A stretch of DNA of 64,000 bases from an uncultured Candidatus Saccharibacteria bacterium. Its GTDB lineage: Bacteria; Patescibacteriota; Doudnabacteria; UBA920; 2-01-FULL-46-14. The notes below the pieces were generated by a model, which saw only the letters and a list, made by a program, of their open reading frames with translations, made no database searches and was not told the origin of the DNA. Below, one piece after another: positions 9,650 to 17,601 of this stretch. The stretch covers positions 110 through 64,109 of the forward strand of contig CAYNFS010000003.1 in the NCBI GenBank assembly GCA_964396685.1, written 5' to 3'. Within the stretch, counting starts at the first letter, position 1, and each line of letters opens with the position of its first letter. Made by a program: the position numbers and the translations under genes.

Positions 9650-10447
9650 ATGAAAATTGACCAAATCACATCTGTTTTTACCAAATTGGGTCTGTCCAGC
9701 TTGGAAATAGACTGTTTTGTAGAATTGCTTAAAAAAAGCCCTCAAAAGGCTTCTGAACTCGCTAAAAAGTTTGCTCTGCCGAAAGCCACAGTACTTTCGG
9801 CTCTCTATCACCTGTCAGACGAGAAAGGATTAATTAAAAGAACTAAAATCAAGAACTCCTTTCATTTCCTTGTAGAAGATGCTGCAAGTGTTATAAATTT
9901 CATTACTCGAAAAGAGGAAATTCTGCTCGAAAACAAAAGAAATTTAGAACAACTCTTACCCGAACTTCGAGCCATGCAAAATCTGGATGCAATCAAGCCT
10001 AAAATTTTCTATTACGAGGGCAGGGGAGGACTAAAACAAGCCTTTGAACAAGTTTTGGAAGAAGCAGATGAAATAATTGGATATGGAAGTAATGAAGATG
10101 ATGTGAAATATTTGCCAGACTTATATCCGAGTTATTATGAAAGACGCGTCAAGAAAAAAATCCCAGTTAAAGCCATTATTCCCGGCACGGCATTTAATCT
10201 TCAAGAAACTTTAAAAAATGAAATTAAACACCTACGCGCAACTCATCTTATTCCAAAAGAATTTAACTATCCCATTCAAATAAATATCTATCGGCACACG
10301 GCCATTTTTTATTCCTTTGAGGAAAGTTTTGGGCTCGTAATAAAAAGCCGACCCATTGCCGACTGTTTGAAAAAAATCTTTGAATTGGCTTTTGAGAAAG
10401 CTGACGATACGGACAGAGAGATAAGAAAACTAATGAAACATGGATAA
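9650..10447 (+). CDS. TrmB-family transcriptional regulator
   Basis: N-terminal wHTH, PKIFYYEGRGGL linker, C-terminal effector-type domain. Confidence 0.85.
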   Translation: MKIDQITSVFTKLGLSSLEIDCFVELLKKSPQKASELAKKFALPKATVLSALYHLSDEKGLIKRTKIKNSFHFLVEDAASVINFITRKEEILLENKRNLEQLLPELRAMQNLDAIKPKIFYYEGRGGLKQAFEQVLEEADEIIGYGSNEDDVKYLPDLYPSYYERRVKKKIPVKAIIPGTAFNLQETLKNEIKHLRATHLIPKEFNYPIQINIYRHTAIFYSFEESFGLVIKSRPIADCLKKIFELAFEKADDTDREIRKLMKHG

Positions 10448-10457
10448 TTTAAACACA

Positions 10458-10477
10458 CACATCACGATCGTGATGTG
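10458..10477. repeat. 20-bp perfect palindrome CACATCACGATCGTGATGTG
   Basis: Read directly; lies between convergent genes. Confidence 0.85.
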
Positions 10478-10505
10478 GTTCTTCAGGTTTGACTTATACA
10501 AAAAC

Positions 10506-11711
10506 TTATTTGATCCTCAAAAATCTCTTGCCCAAACGAATCAAACTACCTTTCGTAATTTTCACCACCTTTTTTTCGTCTGATACTTGAGCCCCATCTA
10601 TTTCCACAGCGCCTTCCTTGATCTTGCGTCTGGCTTCGGTTTTGGAGGAGGCCAATTTGCCCTCAACCAACAAGTCAACGATTGCGTATTTGCCAGGTTT
10701 TTTTTGTATTTCAAAATCCGCTTGGATATCTTTTAGAGATTTACCCTTTCCGAACTTCTTGTCAAAAGCGGCTTTGGCCAACGCGGCTTTTTTCCTGTCA
10801 TGATACATGTCGGTAATTTCCAGTCCCAATCTTTCTTTCCAGGCTTTGAAATCAAAATTGATATTCTCAAACCGCCTTTCCGGTTTCAGCAGTTCCAGCT
10901 CTTTTTCTGGGACATCCGTCAGAAGCAAAAAGTATTTGCGTACCAAATCATCCGGGATGGACATGATTTTGCTGTACATTTCGAGCGGCTTCTCCGACAA
11001 GCCGATAGAATTGCCAAAAGATTTGCTCATCTTCCTTACGCCGTCCAGGCCCTCGATTAAGGGAACTGTGATTATGTCTTGTTTTGGCAGACCGTAGCGG
11101 CGCTGCACTTTTCTGCCGGTTAGCAGATTGAATTTCTGATCCGTCCCGCCCAATTCCACATCCGCCTTAACCTCGACCGAATCATACCCCTGCAAAATTG
11201 GGTAAAGCACCTCCAGCATGCTTACGTCTCGCCCTTCTTTGATTCGTTTTTGAAAATCATCCCGTTCCAATGACCGGGCCACGGTAAACTTGCTGGTTAT
11301 TTCAATCAAAAACTTGAGCCCTTTCTTTTTGTACCATTCAGAATTGTATCGAACTTCAGCCTTGCCGACGTCTACAGCCTTGCCCATTTCTTTCAGATAA
11401 CCCCTCATATTGGTCTTGGCTTCGCGTTCAGTTAAAACCGGCCGCAGTTCACTCCTGCCCGATGGGTCGCCTATGGTGGCGGTAAAATCTCCGATAATCA
11501 AAACTGCTTTGTGGCCCAGCTCTTGAAACTGCCGCAATTTTCTCAAAACCACGGTGTGGCCCAAATGCAAATCTTTGGCCGTCGGATCAATACCAAGCTT
11601 AACGCGCAGTTTTTTGCCTGATTTCAAAGCACCCTCTAGATGTTTCTTGTCTATGATTTCTTCTACGCCTCGCGTCAAAAGCCGATCAACACTGCTTGAA
11701 TCCATTTTCAT
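10506..11711 (-). CDS. tyrS: tyrosyl-tRNA synthetase
   Basis: GIDPTAKDLHLGH, YPILQGYD, GGTDQKFN, KMSKS, C-terminal S4 domain. Confidence 0.97.
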   Translation of the reverse strand: MKMDSSSVDRLLTRGVEEIIDKKHLEGALKSGKKLRVKLGIDPTAKDLHLGHTVVLRKLRQFQELGHKAVLIIGDFTATIGDPSGRSELRPVLTEREAKTNMRGYLKEMGKAVDVGKAEVRYNSEWYKKKGLKFLIEITSKFTVARSLERDDFQKRIKEGRDVSMLEVLYPILQGYDSVEVKADVELGGTDQKFNLLTGRKVQRRYGLPKQDIITVPLIEGLDGVRKMSKSFGNSIGLSEKPLEMYSKIMSIPDDLVRKYFLLLTDVPEKELELLKPERRFENINFDFKAWKERLGLEITDMYHDRKKAALAKAAFDKKFGKGKSLKDIQADFEIQKKPGKYAIVDLLVEGKLASSKTEARRKIKEGAVEIDGAQVSDEKKVVKITKGSLIRLGKRFLRIK

Positions 11712-11723
11712 AAAGGCTCAAAC

Positions 11724-12947
11724 TCAATTTATTAAGGCATCATACCAATTATAATTATAAACCCCTTTCACAAGAAAATCGCTTTTCGCCTGGGAAATTA
11801 TGCCCATTCTTCCACTGATTGACTCAAAGCTTTTTTGGACCTTCAACAGAGACGCGGCATGGTGCGGGGTAATCGTGGCGCTACTCTTTATTTCCAAAAG
11901 ATGAAGCCTGCCCCCCAATTCTATAACCAAATCAATTTCCAGGCCATCGCGGGTTCGAAAATAATAAAGCGAAGGCTGTTGGCCGTGGTGCATAAATCGC
12001 TTCCAAAAATCCGTAACCACTAGCGTTTCAAATAAAGCCGGAAAAGCTAAACCGCCCAAAAGCACCTCTTCGTTCTGCAGCCGCAGTAAATAAGCGGCCA
12101 AGCCGGTATCAGTAAAATAGAGCTTCGGGCTTTTGATTAATCGCTTTCCCAAATTTCGGTAATACGGAGGAATTAATAAAACTTGATAGCTGGCGATCAA
12201 AACCGACAGCCACCTTTTTGCTGTGGCGACCGAAATCCCGGTATCTCTGGCCAATTCAGAAAGGTTCAAGATTTGGCCGGTCCGAATGGCGCACAGGCGG
12301 AGGAAGGTCTCAAACAAGAACAAATCTCCAACCTGCTCAATGCTCCTTACGTCCCTTTCCAAATAGGTGTTAATATACGAACTGCACCAAATTTCCGGCT
12401 CTAATTTGCGGCTCAAGGCAAGCTCTGGATAACTGCCGCGGATGAGCACTTTAGCCAGAGAAGTCAACGGTTTTTTCACTGGCAAGCGATCAGGGCTTAA
12501 TTTCAACCAATTCTCGACACTGGCGCTTTTTTCGCCAAGCCCCAGCCTCTCCGCCAAGGAAAAAGGCAACAGATGCAAAACCGCTACTCTTCCGGCCAAA
12601 GATTCGCTCAAATTTTTCATTAAAACAAAGTTTTGCGAGCCGGTTAAAAGCCACTGTCCCGGCTTTCTGCGAAGATCGATTTGTTCTTTCACATAAATCA
12701 GCAGCTCCGGCACATATTGGATTTCATCCAAGATCAAGGGGGGGTGATTGTGGGCCAAAAATTGGCGAGGATCAGCTTTGATTTTGGCCCTCACTTCCGG
12801 ATCCTCGAGATTGATATATTTTGCCCTATTCAGAAAAAGCGCTTTCAAAAGAGTGGTTTTCCCCGATTGTCTGGGGCCGGTAACCACTATCGCCGGGAAG
12901 GTTCGGGCCGCCTTTTTTATAATCTGGCTTAAAGTCCGAGCTTTCAT
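11724..12947 (-). CDS. AAA+ ATPase with DUF4143 domain
   Basis: GPRQSGKTT, LDEIQ, LTGS, KSPKLYFTDTGL, EIDLV..EIK. Confidence 0.9.
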   Translation of the reverse strand: MKARTLSQIIKKAARTFPAIVVTGPRQSGKTTLLKALFLNRAKYINLEDPEVRAKIKADPRQFLAHNHPPLILDEIQYVPELLIYVKEQIDLRRKPGQWLLTGSQNFVLMKNLSESLAGRVAVLHLLPFSLAERLGLGEKSASVENWLKLSPDRLPVKKPLTSLAKVLIRGSYPELALSRKLEPEIWCSSYINTYLERDVRSIEQVGDLFLFETFLRLCAIRTGQILNLSELARDTGISVATAKRWLSVLIASYQVLLIPPYYRNLGKRLIKSPKLYFTDTGLAAYLLRLQNEEVLLGGLAFPALFETLVVTDFWKRFMHHGQQPSLYYFRTRDGLEIDLVIELGGRLHLLEIKSSATITPHHAASLLKVQKSFESISGRMGIISQAKSDFLVKGVYNYNWYDALIN

Positions 12948-13017
12948 ACCTATATTTTAACCCTGCTAATTTATTTTGTCAAGTTAAATCGGCAGGGTAG
13001 TCTCATCAGCATTGCAG

Positions 13018-13053
13018 GAAAAAATCAGGCGGGCGCTGCCATCAGCACCCGCC
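13018..13053 (-). terminator. intrinsic terminator after prephenate dehydrogenase
   Basis: GGCGGG-TGCTGATGGCAGCG-CCCGCC followed by TGATTTTTT on the minus strand. Confidence 0.6.
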
Positions 13054-13065
13054 CCAAGGAACGGC

Positions 13066-14031
13066 TCAACCGCGGTTGAGCCGTTCTTCTAGCTCCTCCA
13101 GTTTAGCCATGAGCTTCTGGCGCATTCCCGCCGCGAACGGGTTGCCGTTCTCGATAGTCTCAAAGAGCTCCCAGGAATCGCTGCCCAAAAGTCTGGTAGC
13201 CTCCATCAGGTGTTCGTATGCCTTGGTAGCTAGCTCCGAATCACCGACCCCAAGCTCTGACATGGCGCGGGCGATGAAATGCGTTAATCCCTGCACCCTA
13301 GCCATCTCGCGGTCGTGCTCCGCTGGCTCCTTGACGATGGGATGCAAACGAAAACCACGTCGTAGCAGATTGTGGACTATGTTCACTCGCTTTTCGCTTA
13401 TGCGGACTGGACACAGCACAATCTTATGCCCATTCAGGCCGTCTTTGGCGCTTTGCGGTCCAAACAGAGGATGAGTCGCAAGAATCTCCACTCCAGACGG
13501 CAAGTATTGGAGCATGAGATTAACCGGCTCCTGCTTGACCGAACAGACATCAACAATCAAAGCTCCAGGCCGAAGAGCGGAGGAGATCTGTTTCAGCAGC
13601 TCTTCCAGATTTTGGAAAGGGACTGCCAAAACGATAATCTCCCTGTCTACTGCCTCTGCAAGAGAGCCCCAGCAAAATCCTGTCTGCGGGCTTTCGGGCT
13701 GCTTTATGTCCGTAACCATAACATCACAGAAGGCGCGAGCGAGGTGTGCGGCGGCAAACCTGCCAAAGTTTCCGAAACCAATGATGCCGAGAGGCCGATT
13801 GCACTTGCGGTCCTTTTCCCAGTCGGAAACCACTTGGCTACATTTCGTGCAGTGAATGTCGCTTCCGCATAGCTGGAAGCAACCAATTTGGGTCCAATTT
13901 TCTGGCTGGCATTTTTCCCGGTGCGACTCCAGAATGAACAGTAGCCATGGGTAATCGTGCTGAAGCCGCTGCCAAGTTGATCCGCCACCTCCGCTACAAT
14001 CACCCGCATCGTATCTGTTACCTTTCGTCAT
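13066..14031 (-). CDS. tyrA: prephenate/arogenate dehydrogenase with Cys-rich N-terminal extension
   Basis: GIIGFGNFG, DVCSVK, THPLFGP, EHDREMARVQGLTH; GGAGG SD before ATG 14031. Confidence 0.9.
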   Translation of the reverse strand: MTKGNRYDAGDCSGGGGSTWQRLQHDYPWLLFILESHREKCQPENWTQIGCFQLCGSDIHCTKCSQVVSDWEKDRKCNRPLGIIGFGNFGRFAAAHLARAFCDVMVTDIKQPESPQTGFCWGSLAEAVDREIIVLAVPFQNLEELLKQISSALRPGALIVDVCSVKQEPVNLMLQYLPSGVEILATHPLFGPQSAKDGLNGHKIVLCPVRISEKRVNIVHNLLRRGFRLHPIVKEPAEHDREMARVQGLTHFIARAMSELGVGDSELATKAYEHLMEATRLLGSDSWELFETIENGNPFAAGMRQKLMAKLEELEERLNRG

Positions 14032-14250
14032 ACTTCCTCCTCTCCACCAACCTTTTCGTCAACCAGAACAAACAGAAGGTAATAGCCACGGTAACGATGA
14101 TAGACACAACCTTAGTGCCTACAGGCCACTGGTGCCTCATCATTGTTCCATCCAGCACATAGTTCACTAACACCCACTCACGCCAAACGCCATCACAAAG
14201 AGGGCAAGGCATTGGTTCGCATAAACCAAACTGTCTATTCGCTTTCCCAT
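14018..14250 (-). pseudogene. small two-TM gene, apparently split by a frameshift
   Basis: SD GGAGG + ATG 14250 gives MGKRIDSLVYANQCLALFVMAFGVSGC* (stop 14167); the overlapping frame continues VLVNYVLDG...ITFCLFWLTKR to 14018. Confidence 0.45.
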
Positions 14251-14350
14251 TTTTTCTTCCTCCATTCCGCCGGGAAGCGATTGCCTCCGGGCTTCAATCT
14301 ACCTACGCACCAAAGGATGGTGCCTCCGTTTCACGGAATTGTGAAAGAAC

Positions 14351-14376
14351 AAAAAACTGACCTTTCAAGAGGCCAG
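14351..14376 (-). terminator. attenuator terminator 2
   Basis: CTGGCCT-CTTGAA-AGGTCAG-TTTTTT; 5' arm complementary to 14449-14459. Confidence 0.75.
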
Positions 14377-14399
14377 GTGGAGAAGCTTGAGTGGGGAAA

Positions 14400-14510
14400 C
14401 TAATGACTAATAATCGACAACTGATAACCAAACTTAAGCGCCTGGAAACTGGCCTCTTGGGAGAAGCCGTAGTAATAGGCGCGGACTAGTTGAAATGTTT
14501 TGATTATCAT
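14400..14510 (-). promoter_or_regulatory. Tyr-rich leader peptide 2 (MIIKTFQLVRAYYYGFSQEASFQALKFGYQLSIISH)
   Basis: TAT TAC TAC codons followed by an 11-nt segment complementary to the downstream terminator. Confidence 0.7.
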
Positions 14511-14517
14511 ACTTTTC

Positions 14518-14544
14518 TGGATTCCCGCCTTCGCGGGAATGACA
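14518..14544. repeat. REP-like element TGGATTCCCGCCTTCGCGGGAATGACA
   Basis: ATTCCCGC...GCGGGAAT hairpin; related copies near 8285, 17807, 19081, 31441, 48200, 52580, 63760. Confidence 0.85.
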
Positions 14545-14554
14545 TAAGAGAAAC

Positions 14555-14585
14555 AAAAAACCGCCCCTTTCTGCAGGGGCGGCTT
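14555..14585 (-). terminator. attenuator terminator 1
   Basis: AAGCCGCCCC-TGCAGAAA-GGGGCGGTTTTTT; 14567-14576 complementary to 14619-14628. Confidence 0.8.
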
Positions 14586-14606
14586 CAAGAGAATGAAAAA
14601 TCCAAA

Positions 14607-14675
14607 TTACCGCAACATCTGCAGAAAGCAGTTTGCAGCGTAATAAATGCCTGAATTTAGAGTCAAATTTATCAT
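14607..14675 (-). promoter_or_regulatory. Tyr-containing leader peptide 1 (MINLTLNSGIYYAANCFLQMLR)
   Basis: 22-codon ORF 10 nt after the -10 box, TAT TAC codons, alternative hairpins. Confidence 0.72.
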
Positions 14676-14685
14676 AACTAGAGCC

Positions 14686-14714
14686 AGTTTACCCCAACTA
14701 GAGGATTTTGTCAA
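14686..14714 (-). promoter_or_regulatory. sigma70 promoter of the attenuated tyrA unit
   Basis: TTGACA-17 bp-TAAACT on the minus strand. Confidence 0.8.
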
Positions 14715-14734
14715 TACTTTGTATAATTACATCT

Positions 14735-17581
14735 ATGGGCAATTACTTTCGTGGCTGGAAAAGCACAAACCGGGGCAACACATATTTTCAAAGGCTCTCG
14801 AGACAGTCTTTTGATTCGGGCCGGCGCGACGGTTTTTTCAAAAAGTTCGCATTCCGGCTTTGGCATCTTTTCAGGCAATTTTTGCGCTGGCTGTTTTTGA
14901 CCAAAGGCATCTGGACAAAACTGGCTGTTTTGGCGGTGGCCGGCGGCCTGATACTTTTCATTTTTTTGGGTTTGCTGTTTGCCTATTACTCTTTTAACCT
15001 CCCCGACCCAAACAAACTCGCGGAGCGGGTCATCCCGGAATCAACGAAAATTTTTGACCGCAACGGCAAACTTCTTTATGAAATTCACGGCGAAGCCAGG
15101 CGCACCCTCGTCACTTTGGACCAAATCCCCACACACACCAAAGAGGCAACGTTGGCAATTGAGGATAAAAATTTCTACAAACACGGGGGCGTCAGTCTCA
15201 CTGGCATTGCCCGCGCCACACTGGTCAATCTCCTCAAAGGCGGCAAGGTCCAGGGGGGCTCGACCATCACCCAGCAGTTTGTGCGGACCGCGGTGCTGAC
15301 CCGGGAAAAAACCTTTGCGCGCAAGTTCAAAGAAATTGCCCTCTCGCTTCAGCTTGAGCGCCGCTACAGCAAAGACGAAATCCTCCAGCTTTATTTCAAC
15401 GAAATTCCTTTCGGCTCGACAATCTACGGAATTGAGGCGGCAAGCCAAGCTTTTTTTGACAAACCAGCCAAAGACTTGGATCTTGCCGAATCAGCTTACC
15501 TGGCGGCTATCCCCAAGGCCCCAACTTACTATTCGCCTTTTGGACCCAATCGGGAAGAACTTGACGCCCGCGCCGACACGGTGCTGCAGCTCATGTATGA
15601 GCAGGGCTATATTACCAAAGAGCAGAGAAATCTGGCACAAAACGAAAAAATCGAATTTCGCAACATCGGCCGCGGTATTCTGGCCCCCCACTTTGTCCTC
15701 TATGTCCAAGACTTGCTTGCCCAAAAATACGGAGAAATTAGCCTGCAGGAAGGAGGACTCAAGGTTACGACCACGTTGGATTTGGAGCTTCAGAAAGTTG
15801 CGGAAGAAGCAGTCGCCAAGCAAGGCGCGATCAACGAAGAAAAATACAAAGCGAAAAATGCCGCACTCGTCAGCGTTGACCCAAAGACCGGGCAAATTTT
15901 AGCCATGGTTGGCTCCCGCGATTACTTCAATGACGCTATCGACGGCCAGGTAAACGTCGCCATACGCCCGCGCCAACCCGGCTCTTCCTTTAAGCCCTAT
16001 GTTTATGCCACAGCCTTCAAAAAAGGCATGAGTCCCGCAACCATGCTTCTGGATGTAACCACCAATTTTGGCGAATTCGGCGGCAAAGAATATATACCCC
16101 AAGACTATGACGGCAAAAACCGAGGCCCTGTTTCAATTCGTTCCGCTCTGCAAGGCTCGCTTAACATCCCGGCGGTCAAAACCTTGCTTCTTACGGGAAT
16201 TGAAGACTCGATCCAGACCGCTGAAAATTTAGGGATTACCACGCTTAAAGACCGCTCCCGCTTTGGCCCCTCAATTGTGCTGGGCGGAGCAGACGTCAAA
16301 CTGCTGGAGCACGCGGCGGCCTTTGGAGCTTTTGCAACCGGCGGTATTCGGCATGAGACTACAGCAATTCTTAAGGTGGAGGACCGGCAGGGTAAAATTT
16401 TGGAAGAATTTAAGGCCGGGGCGGGAAAAGAAGTGTTGAATCCGCAAATTGCATACCAGATAAACCACGTGCTTTCGGACAATGAATCCCGAATATTTAT
16501 CTTTGGCCGCAATAACAGACTTACTTTGCCGGGAAGGCCAGCAGCTGCCAAAACCGGAACGACCCAGGAAAACCGGGACAATTGGGTAATTGGTTACACG
16601 CCCTCTCTCGTAACCGGCGTCTGGGTCGGCAACAATGACAACTCGCAAATGGCCGAACGGGCGTTCGGCTCCTCGACAACCGCCCCGATCTGGCAGGAAT
16701 TTATGACCCGCGCCCTTGCCGGCAAACCGGCGGAAGAATTTGTCCGGCCGGAAGGGATCACGGAAGTTGCCGTTGACGTCCTTTCCGGCAAACTCCCCAC
16801 CCAATTTACGCCCTCCACAAAAACGGAGATTTTCTCGACGTTTAACCTGCCGACCGAATATGATGACGTCCATATTCCGGTCACAATTGACGGACAAAGT
16901 GTCGTCCAAACCGCGCTGCATGCCGAAAAACCTCAAGATCCCGCCTGGGAAGAACCGGTGAAAGCCTGGGCGCTGTCCAATGGTTACAGTTATCTTCCGT
17001 CCTCCCAAAACAACTATGGCAAAATTGACACCTCTCTCAATCTAGACATTATGGTGCCCGACAAGGTTGCCTCTCTTCCTTGGAAAGTGAAAACCACGAC
17101 GACCGGAAACGATATTGCCGAACTGCAGCTCTTTTTGGATAATGATTTTCTCACCAGTGCTCTTGGTAAGACGCTTGAATACGAATCATCTCTGGCCCGG
17201 GTGGACGGCCGCCACCAGCTCATGGTTCAAGTCAAAACCACTGATGGCCGCACCAACCGCAAGATTCTTAACCTGGAATTTGCCTTGGGCACAAAACTTT
17301 TACTGCTTTACCCCGCTGACAATCAAGAACTCCAACTGCCGGCCAACTTGGTTTTGGAATCAAGCATAGATGTCGCCCCCGAAAATGTGAAATTTGTCAG
17401 GCGCTCGGCTCCCGGCCAAGAAAATCAAGTCTTGGGGCTTGTTACCAAACAACAAATTGGTCAAATCTACCGCTACACACTAAACTGGGCCGAGGACGCC
17501 GCGCCCGCAGCGGGAAGCTACTCGCTTTATGCCCAAATTGGAGCTGATAAAAGCAACTTCGTCACCGTAAAAATTCCCTAA
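14735..17581 (+). CDS. class A penicillin-binding protein (PBP1a family) with C-terminal Ig-like domains
   Basis: EDKNFYKHGG, GGSTITQQ, RKFKE; SSFK, SLN, KTGT. Confidence 0.95.
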   Translation: MGNYFRGWKSTNRGNTYFQRLSRQSFDSGRRDGFFKKFAFRLWHLFRQFLRWLFLTKGIWTKLAVLAVAGGLILFIFLGLLFAYYSFNLPDPNKLAERVIPESTKIFDRNGKLLYEIHGEARRTLVTLDQIPTHTKEATLAIEDKNFYKHGGVSLTGIARATLVNLLKGGKVQGGSTITQQFVRTAVLTREKTFARKFKEIALSLQLERRYSKDEILQLYFNEIPFGSTIYGIEAASQAFFDKPAKDLDLAESAYLAAIPKAPTYYSPFGPNREELDARADTVLQLMYEQGYITKEQRNLAQNEKIEFRNIGRGILAPHFVLYVQDLLAQKYGEISLQEGGLKVTTTLDLELQKVAEEAVAKQGAINEEKYKAKNAALVSVDPKTGQILAMVGSRDYFNDAIDGQVNVAIRPRQPGSSFKPYVYATAFKKGMSPATMLLDVTTNFGEFGGKEYIPQDYDGKNRGPVSIRSALQGSLNIPAVKTLLLTGIEDSIQTAENLGITTLKDRSRFGPSIVLGGADVKLLEHAAAFGAFATGGIRHETTAILKVEDRQGKILEEFKAGAGKEVLNPQIAYQINHVLSDNESRIFIFGRNNRLTLPGRPAAAKTGTTQENRDNWVIGYTPSLVTGVWVGNNDNSQMAERAFGSSTTAPIWQEFMTRALAGKPAEEFVRPEGITEVAVDVLSGKLPTQFTPSTKTEIFSTFNLPTEYDDVHIPVTIDGQSVVQTALHAEKPQDPAWEEPVKAWALSNGYSYLPSSQNNYGKIDTSLNLDIMVPDKVASLPWKVKTTTTGNDIAELQLFLDNDFLTSALGKTLEYESSLARVDGRHQLMVQVKTTDGRTNRKILNLEFALGTKLLLLYPADNQELQLPANLVLESSIDVAPENVKFVRRSAPGQENQVLGLVTKQQIGQIYRYTLNWAEDAAPAAGSYSLYAQIGADKSNFVTVKIP

Positions 17582-17601
17582 AAGCTTTACGAAATACGAA
17601 T

